A stretch of DNA of 64,000 bases from an uncultured Bacteroidales bacterium (GCA_900315245.1 OMYJ01000007.1:93256-157255); one strand, 5' to 3'; positions 17,797 through 25,563 are shown, counted from the stretch's first letter. Made by a program: numbers and translations. The notes: generated by a model from the sequence alone, not told the origin.

Positions 17797-19356
17797 ATGA
17801 GCGACAATTCGTATATAGTGGATTTTTTACTCAAAGATAGGCAAAATGTGGTGCCTATTCCAACAGCAGACCCCGTAGAGATTGCTAAAAATGCTTGTGC
17901 TTTGGCCAACACACAAGGAGGTACTATGCTCATTGGGGTCAATAATCTTGGCGAACTTGTAGGTGTTGGCCTAAAAGAAGCCACGGACATCATAAACAAA
18001 TGCCTTATCAACAATGTACACCCAACACTTCCTTTTACTATTGGCCATTCTGAAAAAGAGGGCAAAAACATTGCAATAGTTTCTGTTTGGGAAGGCCCGA
18101 ACAAGCCCTATGTTGCAAACGGTGCCTTTTACATACGAAAAGAGGATACTACTGTTGCTGCCTCATCTGACGAAATGATTGGCCTTTTTGAAGAAAAATA
18201 TTCATTAGATGAAGGATGGGAACGGAGAACGCAAGTTTCTGCTTCTATTGATGATTTAGACAGTGTTGCCATATCAAAAATTCGAAACGTATTACTACGG
18301 AAAGATGGAAAGTATGCGACAGCTTCAGAAGTGGAAATTATGCGAACTATGGGATTTGTAAAAGACCAATCCTTCACAAATGCTGGTGTTGTGGTAATGT
18401 CAAAACAGCCTTCCATATTTATACCTCAAACAAGAATTAGAGTGTCGGTATTCACAACGGATAATGGTCAAGCATCTTTGGCAGATGTAAGGTTATACGA
18501 TATTAGTCTTATATCCGCTGTTGACGAAGTGGTCGCCTATCTTTACAATCTATATCCTAAGCGTGTTGTTATCGAAGGAATGTTACGCTCTGATGTCGAG
18601 TCATTGCCGTTGTTGGCCTTACGAGAAGGAATATTAAACGCCGTAGTTCATCGTTCGTATGAAAGCCATCAGTCTTTTGTTGCCATTAATGCATATAGCG
18701 ATTATCTGGAAATTGTTAATAGTGGGAATCTTATGGATGGTGTCACCTTGGATGGATTAAAGAGCGTTCATCGTTCTGTTTTACGTAATCCGGATATTGC
18801 AAATGCTTTTTACCAATTAAGATATATCGAAATGGTGGGAAGTGGTACTTTAAGGATTATTGAATCCTGCAGACAAAACAGATGCGAAGAACCAGTATGG
18901 ACATTGGCGAACAATTGCGTGATTCTGACTTTTCCAAATGTCCATCACAATTTACAACCATTGAAAGAAAAGAAATCTGTTGATGTTTCCAATCTGACGA
19001 CAGACAATTCGGTCAAAGTTTCATTAACTGCTATTATGGATTATTTAGCTACTCATGATCACGTTAAATTAAATGAGTTGACAGAACTGACAGGAAAGAG
19101 CTACCCTTCAGTGAAAAGATACATGCGAATTCTGAAAGACGCATCATTAATTGAATATCTTGGTAATTTGCGTTCTGGCGGCTGGGCATTATCTAATAGT
19201 GTCAGCACCTCGCGTCATAGCAGACCGCTTGATGATCCCAATGATAGTCCTAATGATGATCTTAATGGTGATCCCAATGACGATCCTAATGATGATCCCA
19301 ATAGTGATCCCAATGGTGATTCCAATGGTGTTCCTAATGGTGATCCTAATATATAG
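17797..19356 (+). CDS. Schlafen-type AlbA_2 domain + HATPase_c_4 + wHTH protein (RecG-like putative regulator family) with a low-complexity Asp-Pro-Asn tail
   Basis: N-terminal IAKNACALANTQGGTMLIGVNNLGELVGV (AlbA_2). LREGILNAVVHRSY...MVGSGTLRIIESC (HATPase_c_4). wHTH LNELTELTGKSYPSVKRYMRILKD. Start is either ATG 17797, 2 nt after the upstream stop, or TTG 17791 overlapping it. Confidence 0.8.
   Translation: MSDNSYIVDFLLKDRQNVVPIPTADPVEIAKNACALANTQGGTMLIGVNNLGELVGVGLKEATDIINKCLINNVHPTLPFTIGHSEKEGKNIAIVSVWEGPNKPYVANGAFYIRKEDTTVAASSDEMIGLFEEKYSLDEGWERRTQVSASIDDLDSVAISKIRNVLLRKDGKYATASEVEIMRTMGFVKDQSFTNAGVVVMSKQPSIFIPQTRIRVSVFTTDNGQASLADVRLYDISLISAVDEVVAYLYNLYPKRVVIEGMLRSDVESLPLLALREGILNAVVHRSYESHQSFVAINAYSDYLEIVNSGNLMDGVTLDGLKSVHRSVLRNPDIANAFYQLRYIEMVGSGTLRIIESCRQNRCEEPVWTLANNCVILTFPNVHHNLQPLKEKKSVDVSNLTTDNSVKVSLTAIMDYLATHDHVKLNELTELTGKSYPSVKRYMRILKDASLIEYLGNLRSGGWALSNSVSTSRHSRPLDDPNDSPNDDLNGDPNDDPNDDPNSDPNGDSNGVPNGDPNI
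19231..19353 (+). repeat. 12-nt tandem repeat (~10 units) encoding the (D/N/S)-(D/G)-P-N tail
   Basis: GATGATCCCAAT GATAGTCCTAAT GATGATCTTAAT GGTGATCCCAAT ... Confidence 0.85.
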
Positions 19357-19381
19357 CATTTGATGATTGAGGAAAAAGTGA

Positions 19382-19612
19382 CATTGGCATCTCATTTCTC
19401 AGCTACTTTTCTTCCGATCTCCCAGCGGTTCCATAATTCGCAACAACAGTTTGGAATTCTGCAAATCCCAAAAGAAGCTAAACGCCCTCACCGATGCCCG
19501 TCACTCTGACGAGGAAACCGCTCACCGTTTGCGGCAAATCGACACGGACATCCGCCATGTGGAGGACGTCCTCTGTCACGACCTCTCCTTCCGAGGCCTG
19601 CTCCGTCCGTAA
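19382..19612 (+). pseudogene. Start-less degenerate copy of the 16119..16424 ORF
   Basis: The in-frame translation ...KKLNALTDARHSDEETAHRLRQIDTDIRHVEDVLCHDLSFRGLLRP* parallels the C-terminal half of the 101-aa ORF. There is no ATG, and a TGA lies immediately upstream. Confidence 0.45.
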
Positions 19613-19813
19613 CCGCCGTCACGCACCTCCCTATCCCACACCGCCCCCAACCGCCACGCCTCCGGCACCCGCATCGGGCTGATGGACAGCACGGTGTCGG
19701 TGGAGGCGATGGTGGGCGGGGTGCCCCCATCCCCGTTAGGGGATGCCTATCTGTAGCGGATGCCCACGCGCGGGTTCAAATCCCCGGAGGGGATTCATAT
19801 TCAACGGGTTGCA
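19469..19813 (+). repeat. Island composite repeat copy B (alpha unit only)
   Basis: Near-identical by eye to 16281..16623, with scattered substitutions. Confidence 0.85.
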
Positions 19814-19917
19814 AGGTGAAAATTGTCGTGAAATTATGTTCGTGCAATAAATGCGCCCCGTCCTCGTTAATCTCTGAAATAAAACGGAATATTAAACAAA
19901 CAGTAAAAGAAAACAGA

Positions 19918-20658
19918 ATGGAAATAGGAAATTTCGGATACTACTGGTTGGACACCTGGGTGATGTCCAACGTGATACAACTCGCCACGCAGGATTTCTG
20001 CAGGCGCTATCTAAACCGTTCCAACGATCCGTGTGGCCGCCAATACGACCAGATGACGCAAGCGGCACGGTCGGTACCGGCCAACATCGCGGAGGGAAAC
20101 TCGCGACACGACACCTCTAAGGAGACCGAGATGCGGCTCACAGATGTGGCCCGCGCGAGCCTCGCAGAACTGGCCAACGACTACCTGAACTGGCTCCTCC
20201 AGCACGAAGAGCTCCCATGGTCGGTGAAATCGGACATCTACTGCAAGGTGTCAAACACCCACCTCGACAAGCCCTTATACAAGGACGATGTGCAATATCT
20301 AAGCAGCCAACATATTCTGGTCCAAAAGCACAAATTCGATGAGTGGCTGGAGGCAAAGAACTCGATTATGGCAGCCAACTGCTTGTTAGTCCTCTGCAAT
20401 CGTTTGATCATGATGCTGAGGAAACAACTGGCTAACCAACTGGAAACTTTCCGGGCCGAAGGCGGTTTCACAGAAGCCCTGACCGCCGAAAGACTCGCTT
20501 ACCGAGCCGAACAAAGCGCGAACTCCAACGCCCCTGTCTGCCCGAAATGCGGCAAACCGATGATAAAGCGGATGGCAAAGAAAGGCATAAATTCGGGAAA
20601 GGAGTTCTGGAGCTGTTCCGGATACCCGGCGTGCAGAGGGACCAGAAACGTAGAGTAA
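19918..20658 (+). CDS. Four-helix-bundle (23S rRNA IVS / Avd-like) domain fused to a topoisomerase-type C4 zinc finger
   Basis: From ATG 19918: WVMSNVIQLATQDFCRRY...SVPANIAEGNSRHDTSKETEMRLTDVARASLAEL (TIGR02436-like). C-terminal CPKCGKPMIKR...FWSCSGYPACRGT (zf-C4_Topoisom-like). Confidence 0.75.
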   Translation: MEIGNFGYYWLDTWVMSNVIQLATQDFCRRYLNRSNDPCGRQYDQMTQAARSVPANIAEGNSRHDTSKETEMRLTDVARASLAELANDYLNWLLQHEELPWSVKSDIYCKVSNTHLDKPLYKDDVQYLSSQHILVQKHKFDEWLEAKNSIMAANCLLVLCNRLIMMLRKQLANQLETFRAEGGFTEALTAERLAYRAEQSANSNAPVCPKCGKPMIKRMAKKGINSGKEFWSCSGYPACRGTRNVE

Positions 20659-20676
20659 GGGTAATGTCGATGTGTC

Positions 20677-20703
20677 ACGTTATCACGTGATAACGTTTAT
20701 CTT
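20677..20703 (+). terminator. Perfect 20-nt palindrome after the 4HB-zinc-finger gene (terminator or operator)
   Basis: ACGTTATCACGTGATAACGT followed by TTTATCTT. A third ACGTGATAACGT half-site lies at 20704..20715. Confidence 0.45.
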
Positions 20704-20732
20704 ACGTGATAACGTAATCTTCAAATTGACAT

Positions 20733-21275
20733 CTCCGTCACGACCTCTCCTCCCGTCGCCTGCTCCGTCCGTGACCCCCTGTCCCGCACCTCCCTTGTCC
20801 CTCACCGCCTCCACCCGCCACGCTTCCGGCACCCGCATCGGGCTGATGGACAGCACGGTGCCGATCGAGGCGCTGGCGAGCGGGGTGGCTCATCCCCGTT
20901 AGGGGATGCCTATCTGTAGAAACGGATGCCCATGCGCGGGTTCAAATCCCCGGAGGGGATTCATTTTCAACGGATTGCCAAAACATTGTCGTGACCGATG
21001 TGCAACCCCTCACGGGGTTGTGGGGGCTGCCGCATCGCCAACGGCTACAGAGAGGGAACCCCTAATGGGGTTCGGGGGGCGCGGCCGGGAACGTCCTCGC
21101 GCTACAGATATGGAAGCCCTGACGGGCTTTGGAAGGATACGGAAACGAGCCCATCACCGATTTGCCGAAATCGACGACGACATCCGCAAGGCCGAAGCCC
21201 CTCCGTCACGACCTCTCCTTCCGTGGCCTGCTCCGTCCGTGACCGCCGTCATGCATCTCCCTTGTCCTACACCGC
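20733..21275 (+). repeat. Island composite repeat copy C (5'-truncated alpha + beta + a second partial alpha abutting nqrD)
   Basis: 20733..20979 aligns with the distal part of alpha. 20980..21200 aligns with beta. 21200..21275 repeats the start of the alpha core and overlaps the nqrD stop codon. Confidence 0.8.
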
Positions 21276-21857
21276 CCTCGGTCCTTTCGCCCAAATAATC
21301 ACCCCAATCAAGATCAGCGCCATGGGCGGCAAAATCATCAGCCCGTTGTTGAGGTAGCCGGCGGCGTACCAGCTGTCGGGGACGACCTGGTGGTTCCACA
21401 ACGTGCCGGAGCCGAGCAATTCGCGGAAGAAGGCCACCACGACGAGCACCAGCCCGTAGCCGAGACCGTTCATCACGCCGTCCATGAACGACGGGAACGG
21501 TTTGTGTGACAGCGCGAAGGCCTCCAACCGGCCCATGATGATGCAGTTGGTGATGATGAGTCCCACGAAGACCGACAGCATCTTGCTCACATCATAGAGA
21601 TACGACTGCAGCAACAGATCCACGAGGATAACGAAGAAGGAGACCACCAGCAGCTGCACGATGATGCGGATGCGTGGCGGTATCGTGTTGCGCATCAAAG
21701 AGATGATGAAGTTGGAGCAGGCACAGACCACCGTCACGGAGAGCGCCATGACCACGGCGGGCTTGAGTTGCGCGGTCACTGCCAACGCAGAGCAGACGCC
21801 CAACGTCTGCACTAAAATCGGGTTGTCTTTGCTGAGAGGTCCGAGGTACTTTTTCAT
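21267..21857 (-). CDS. nqrD: Na+-translocating NADH:quinone oxidoreductase subunit D
   Basis: NPILVQTLGVCSALAVT, polytopic, 196 aa. The last codons and the stop lie inside an island repeat. Confidence 0.95.
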   Translation of the reverse strand: MKKYLGPLSKDNPILVQTLGVCSALAVTAQLKPAVVMALSVTVVCACSNFIISLMRNTIPPRIRIIVQLLVVSFFVILVDLLLQSYLYDVSKMLSVFVGLIITNCIIMGRLEAFALSHKPFPSFMDGVMNGLGYGLVLVVVAFFRELLGSGTLWNHQVVPDSWYAAGYLNNGLMILPPMALILIGVIIWAKGPRAV

Positions 21858-21861
21858 GGCA

Positions 21862-22476
21862 TTAATGGTGATTGGTGATTTGTGAAGAGTGAATGGAGGA
21901 TTGCATCATCTCATCCACTCCTTTGGAGGTCAGTGTGGCGCCGGAGATGGCATCCACGCGGTTCTCTTTGGCGATTTCGCTAGCGGTTCCAGCTTTCAGA
22001 ACCCTCACGGACACGAAGTTGCCATCCTTATCGTAGAGTTTCTTGCCTTCGAAGGCTTTCAGGAACGCCTTTTCTGTGATTTTCGCGCCCAAGCCGGGGG
22101 TTTCCGATTTGTGGTCGAAAGCGACACCTTTGAGCGTTTGTCCGTCCTCCGACACCACCGCGTAGCCCCATATCGGACCCCAAAGCCCTTTGCCATCGAG
22201 ACGGATTGCTGTGCCCTTCGAACCGTCGGCGCAGATGACACGGTACTGCTGACCGTCATCGGTCAACGGCTCGGCAAGGTTTGCGAACGCCGCCACAGCT
22301 TTCGAACGGTCGATGTCGTGTCCGGCCGCCCGCAGGATCTGCTGATACGTCTCGGCCTGCCGATTGCGGTCGCGTCGCGGCTTTAACCCCGTGGAAACCA
22401 GAGTAAGCACCACCGCTATCACCACAACTAACGCCGTGATATAGAGGAAGATGTAGGTGTTGCTGAATTTTTTCAT
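21862..22476 (-). CDS. nqrC: Na+-translocating NADH:quinone oxidoreductase subunit C
   Basis: N-terminal TM. FMN attachment motif SGATLTS. The C-terminal QITNHH is encoded by heptamer-repeat-like sequence. Confidence 0.95.
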   Translation of the reverse strand: MKKFSNTYIFLYITALVVVIAVVLTLVSTGLKPRRDRNRQAETYQQILRAAGHDIDRSKAVAAFANLAEPLTDDGQQYRVICADGSKGTAIRLDGKGLWGPIWGYAVVSEDGQTLKGVAFDHKSETPGLGAKITEKAFLKAFEGKKLYDKDGNFVSVRVLKAGTASEIAKENRVDAISGATLTSKGVDEMMQSSIHSSQITNHH

Positions 22477-22478
22477 TT

Positions 22479-22648
22479 AGTGATTGGTGATTAGTGATTG
22501 GTGATTAGTGATTGGTGATTAGTGATTAGTGATTGGTGATTAGTGATTAGTGATTGGTGATTAGTGATTGGTGATTAGTGAATAGTGATTAGTGATCGGA
22601 GCCAAAAGTCTCAAGTCTCAAGTCATAAGTCCAACGTCTTACGTCTCC
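22479..22648 (+). repeat. GTGATTA/GTGATTG heptamer array (~16 units) plus an AGTCTCA array in the nqrB-nqrC spacer
   Basis: ~115 nt are C-free on the plus strand. The AGTCTCA/CGTCTTA units run into the nqrB stop region. Confidence 0.9.
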
Positions 22649-23687
22649 GTTTGATGTGGTTTTGTACGATGCACCAGTCGATGAGGGGGGCGAAGATGTT
22701 CATGAGCAGGATGGCGAGCATCATGCCTTCGGGGTAGCCTTTGTTGAGGGTGCGGATGAGGATGGCCAAGATGCCGATGAGCAGTCCGTAGAAGTACTTG
22801 CCGTTGCGGGTGTGAGCGGCGGTGACAGGGTCGGTGGCCATGAAGACCGCGCCGAACATGAATCCGCCCATCAGCAATTGGTCGTGGGCGGCGACGGGAC
22901 AAAGACCTGTCAGCTGGCAGACCACCGCTGTTGCATAGCCGCCGACGAACACGGAGAGCATAATCCGCCAGTCGGCCACCTGCGTGAAAATCAGGATGGC
23001 TGCGCCGATGAGGATGGCGATCTTGCAAGTCTCCCCGATACAGCCGGGAATCGTGCCGAAGAAGAGTTCCCATGTGGAGGGCATCGCCTCGGGGTGACCG
23101 TTCATGACGAGGGCGAGGGGAGTGGCGCCGGTGACCGCGTCCGCACCGGAAATCCAGACTTTGTCACCGGAGATCACCGACGGGTAGGCGAAGAAGACGA
23201 AGGCACGGGCCAGCAACGCAGGGTTCAGGAAGTTGTAGCCGGTTCCGCCGAAGACCTCCTTGCCGAAGATCACGGCGAAGATAGTGGCCACCGCCACGAT
23301 CCAGAGCGGCACGTCGGGCGGCATGATCATCGGGATGAGGAAGCCCGTGACGAAGAAGCCCTCCGCCACCTCCTCCTTGCGGATTTGTGCGAAGAGGACC
23401 TCCACGCCGAGCCCGCTGACATAGGTCACGATGACCAACGGCAGCCATTTCAGAAAACCGTACCAAAGGCAAGGCCACAGTGCAGTCTCTCCCCCGATAG
23501 CGAGGAAATGCTGATAGCCCACGTTCCACCAGCCGAACAGTAGCGCGGGACAGAGCGCAATCATCACGGTAATCATGATGCGCTTCATATCGACCGCGTC
23601 GCGCACGTGGCAACGGCCGTCCGTGACTGTCGCGGGCGTGCGCAGGAACGTGTCCATGGCGTCGAGCAGGGCGTTGAACTTTCTCAT
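22623..23687 (-). CDS. nqrB: Na+-translocating NADH:quinone oxidoreductase subunit B
   Basis: Polytopic NqrB/RnfD-family protein, located between nqrA and nqrC. Confidence 0.95.
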   Translation of the reverse strand: MRKFNALLDAMDTFLRTPATVTDGRCHVRDAVDMKRIMITVMIALCPALLFGWWNVGYQHFLAIGGETALWPCLWYGFLKWLPLVIVTYVSGLGVEVLFAQIRKEEVAEGFFVTGFLIPMIMPPDVPLWIVAVATIFAVIFGKEVFGGTGYNFLNPALLARAFVFFAYPSVISGDKVWISGADAVTGATPLALVMNGHPEAMPSTWELFFGTIPGCIGETCKIAILIGAAILIFTQVADWRIMLSVFVGGYATAVVCQLTGLCPVAAHDQLLMGGFMFGAVFMATDPVTAAHTRNGKYFYGLLIGILAILIRTLNKGYPEGMMLAILLMNIFAPLIDWCIVQNHIKRRRKTLDL

Positions 23688-23688
23688 A

Positions 23689-25029
23689 TTAATTTTGCGT
23701 TCTCAATTCAAAAATAGCGTCTTCCACGATCTTTTGGCACTCTTTCTTTGATGGGCAAACCAGCTCGCACAGGGCGAAATCCTCGCTATCGACTTCGTAG
23801 ATGCCGAGCGCCTCCATCTGTTCTAAATCTTTGATTTCGCAGGCTTTGAGCAGTTGCAGCGGCATCAGGTCGAAGGGGAAGACTTTGTCATAGACGTCCG
23901 TCATCATGAAGGCGCGGCGGCCTCCCTGCAACGATGTGTTGACGGCATACGTGCGCTTGGGGGTGAGCCAAGCCAGGAAAGTGTGCGACAGACTCCACTT
24001 CTTCAACCCGGGCAGCAACCAGCCAATGAACTCCCGTTTGCCGCCTTCCGCAATGACAGATATTTGATGGTCATGGAAGCTAAGGGTTGGATTATCTGTT
24101 AACTTTCTGCCATTCAATATACTACCGCTGATTATGCGCACGTCCTTCTGCGTGAGGCTGTCGCTGAGAAAGGCGGAAAGATCGGCTCCGTGTATGGTCT
24201 GGAAATAGCCGGTCGCCTTAACCTCCGGACCCGTGAGCGCCGCCGTTTTCCCGAATTGCAGCTTGTGCTCCGCGAAGAAGCAACCGATGCGGGCAACCTC
24301 TTGTGGATCAATAAACCACACGGTCTCCCCTTTGCCGATGGGATCGATATGGTGGATATGGGTGCCGACATTGCCAGCCGGATGCGGACCACTGAAGTAG
24401 TGCTTCTGTACGTTCTCGACAGTTTCAAACAGTTCGTTCTCTGCGTCTTTCCGCATACAGAGATGGATCGGGGCGTTTTCTGCGGCCAAATGCAACATTT
24501 TAAGTCCGTGTCGGAAATGTTCCTCTTTGTCGCGCATCAGTATATTAAAGTCGGGAGCTAACGGATTGCTGTCGAAACAAGGGATGAAAACCGATTTCGG
24601 GCTGATGTCGGGATTTGGGATGACCGAATAAGGTCGTTGCCGCAGACAAGGCCATAAACCGTATTGTAACAGCAGTTTACGAGCCGATTCACCATCAGTG
24701 GGGTCGTCAAAATCTACCAAAGTTTCCAAAGCGGTCTCGCAGTTACGAACGATGGTGATCTCCTCGATGACGCGCTTTTCTCCCCTCACAATCTCTTTCA
24801 CGGAACCCGCCACGGGCGAGACCGTCACGACCCGTTCCTCTTTTTTGTCTGCGAACAGCGGGGTGCCGATTTGCACGCGGTCGCCGGGTTGCACAAGCAG
24901 CTTCGGGGTAAGCCATCGGAAATCGTCCGGGCGGATGTGGAACAGGTCCGGCAGCGCGAAATCCAACATCGTGTCGGTCGCGCCACCGTCAATCTTCAAA
25001 TCCAGCCCTTTGGTAATCTTGACGTTCAT
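23689..25029 (-). CDS. nqrA: Na+-translocating NADH:quinone oxidoreductase subunit A
   Basis: MNVKITKGLDLKIDG... is a typical NqrA N-terminus. The track start 25050 is a TTG inside the -7 box, so ATG 25029 is used. Confidence 0.95.
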   Translation of the reverse strand: MNVKITKGLDLKIDGGATDTMLDFALPDLFHIRPDDFRWLTPKLLVQPGDRVQIGTPLFADKKEERVVTVSPVAGSVKEIVRGEKRVIEEITIVRNCETALETLVDFDDPTDGESARKLLLQYGLWPCLRQRPYSVIPNPDISPKSVFIPCFDSNPLAPDFNILMRDKEEHFRHGLKMLHLAAENAPIHLCMRKDAENELFETVENVQKHYFSGPHPAGNVGTHIHHIDPIGKGETVWFIDPQEVARIGCFFAEHKLQFGKTAALTGPEVKATGYFQTIHGADLSAFLSDSLTQKDVRIISGSILNGRKLTDNPTLSFHDHQISVIAEGGKREFIGWLLPGLKKWSLSHTFLAWLTPKRTYAVNTSLQGGRRAFMMTDVYDKVFPFDLMPLQLLKACEIKDLEQMEALGIYEVDSEDFALCELVCPSKKECQKIVEDAIFELRTQN

Positions 25030-25047
25030 CGTTTCGTTTTGAAACTG

Positions 25048-25055
25048 CAAAGGTA
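25048..25055 (-). promoter_or_regulatory. -7 box (TACCTTTG) for nqrA
   Basis: Extended TGCAAAGGTACA context, 19 nt upstream of ATG 25029. Confidence 0.6.
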
Positions 25056-25066
25056 CAATTTTTTGG

Positions 25067-25115
25067 GATTAGTGATTAGTGAATAGTGAATAGTGAATGG
25101 TGATTTGTGATTGAA
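25067..25115 (+). repeat. GTGATTA/GTGAATA heptamer array upstream of nqrA
   Basis: GATTAGTGATTAGTGAATAGTGAATAGTGAATGGTGATTTGTGATTG. Confidence 0.8.
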
Positions 25116-25125
25116 GATGCCTTTG

Positions 25126-25560
25126 TCAAATAAGTGCGGAGAAAAGTCCCGCTACCGCCATGTAGCGCAGTCCTTTGCCGATGAACATGAGGAGGGTGGT
25201 GGGCACCACGCGGGTGCGCATAAGCCCCATGGCGAGTGCGATCGGGTCGCCGATGATGGGAATCCAAGTGAGGAGTGCGGCGAAAGAACCGTATTTTTCG
25301 ACTTTTTGATGCGCTTTGGCCAGCGTTTCCTCCTTCACTTTCAGGAAACGTTCAATCCAGGACCATTTGCAGAGCCAACCCAACAGGTAACAGGTCATGC
25401 CGCCGATGGTGTTGCCTAATGTCGCCACAAGGATTACTGTCCATGGCGAATAGTCAAGCAGCAGCGCCCCTGTCACTAATGCTTCCGATGAAAACGGGAT
25501 GATAGTGGCCGACAGCAGGCAGCCCAAAAACAACCCCCAAAGTCCAAGCTGATTCAGCAA
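25126..25560 (-). CDS. YqaA/DedA-type (VTT domain) small membrane protein
   Basis: 144 aa with 4 TM. FLGCLLSATIIPFSSEALV...LGNTIGGMTCYLLG. Only a TTG start is available. Confidence 0.65.
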   Translation of the reverse strand: MLNQLGLWGLFLGCLLSATIIPFSSEALVTGALLLDYSPWTVILVATLGNTIGGMTCYLLGWLCKWSWIERFLKVKEETLAKAHQKVEKYGSFAALLTWIPIIGDPIALAMGLMRTRVVPTTLLMFIGKGLRYMAVAGLFSALI

Positions 25561-25563
25561 CTC

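Larger units (their letters stand above)
9766..21266. other. Genomic island inserted between nqrD and nqrE
   Basis: It interrupts an otherwise canonical nqrABCDEF order. It has mosaic GC, opposite-strand genes and internal composite repeats. No recombinase is visible. Confidence 0.75.

Noticed and set aside
9766-21266. Calling the nqr-splitting island an integron, ICE, transposon or prophage
   Set aside because: There is no integrase, transposase, conjugation or phage structural gene in the window. The repeats are strings of short local hairpins rather than attC-like single long imperfect palindromes. The island is therefore described only as an island with cassette-like organisation.
25030-25050. 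N-terminal extensions in the ORF track that begin at TTG/GTG (nqrA 25050, methyltransferase 11075, T9SS protein 3969, ATPase 42500, 42939, 52780, 34117, 19816, 57231)
   Set aside because: In several cases (nqrA 25050, methyltransferase 11075, T9SS protein 3969, ATPase 42500 and 42939) the alternative start lies inside or upstream of the TAnnTTTG -7 box and so would not be transcribed. For the others, a downstream ATG gives a canonical N-terminus or signal peptide.
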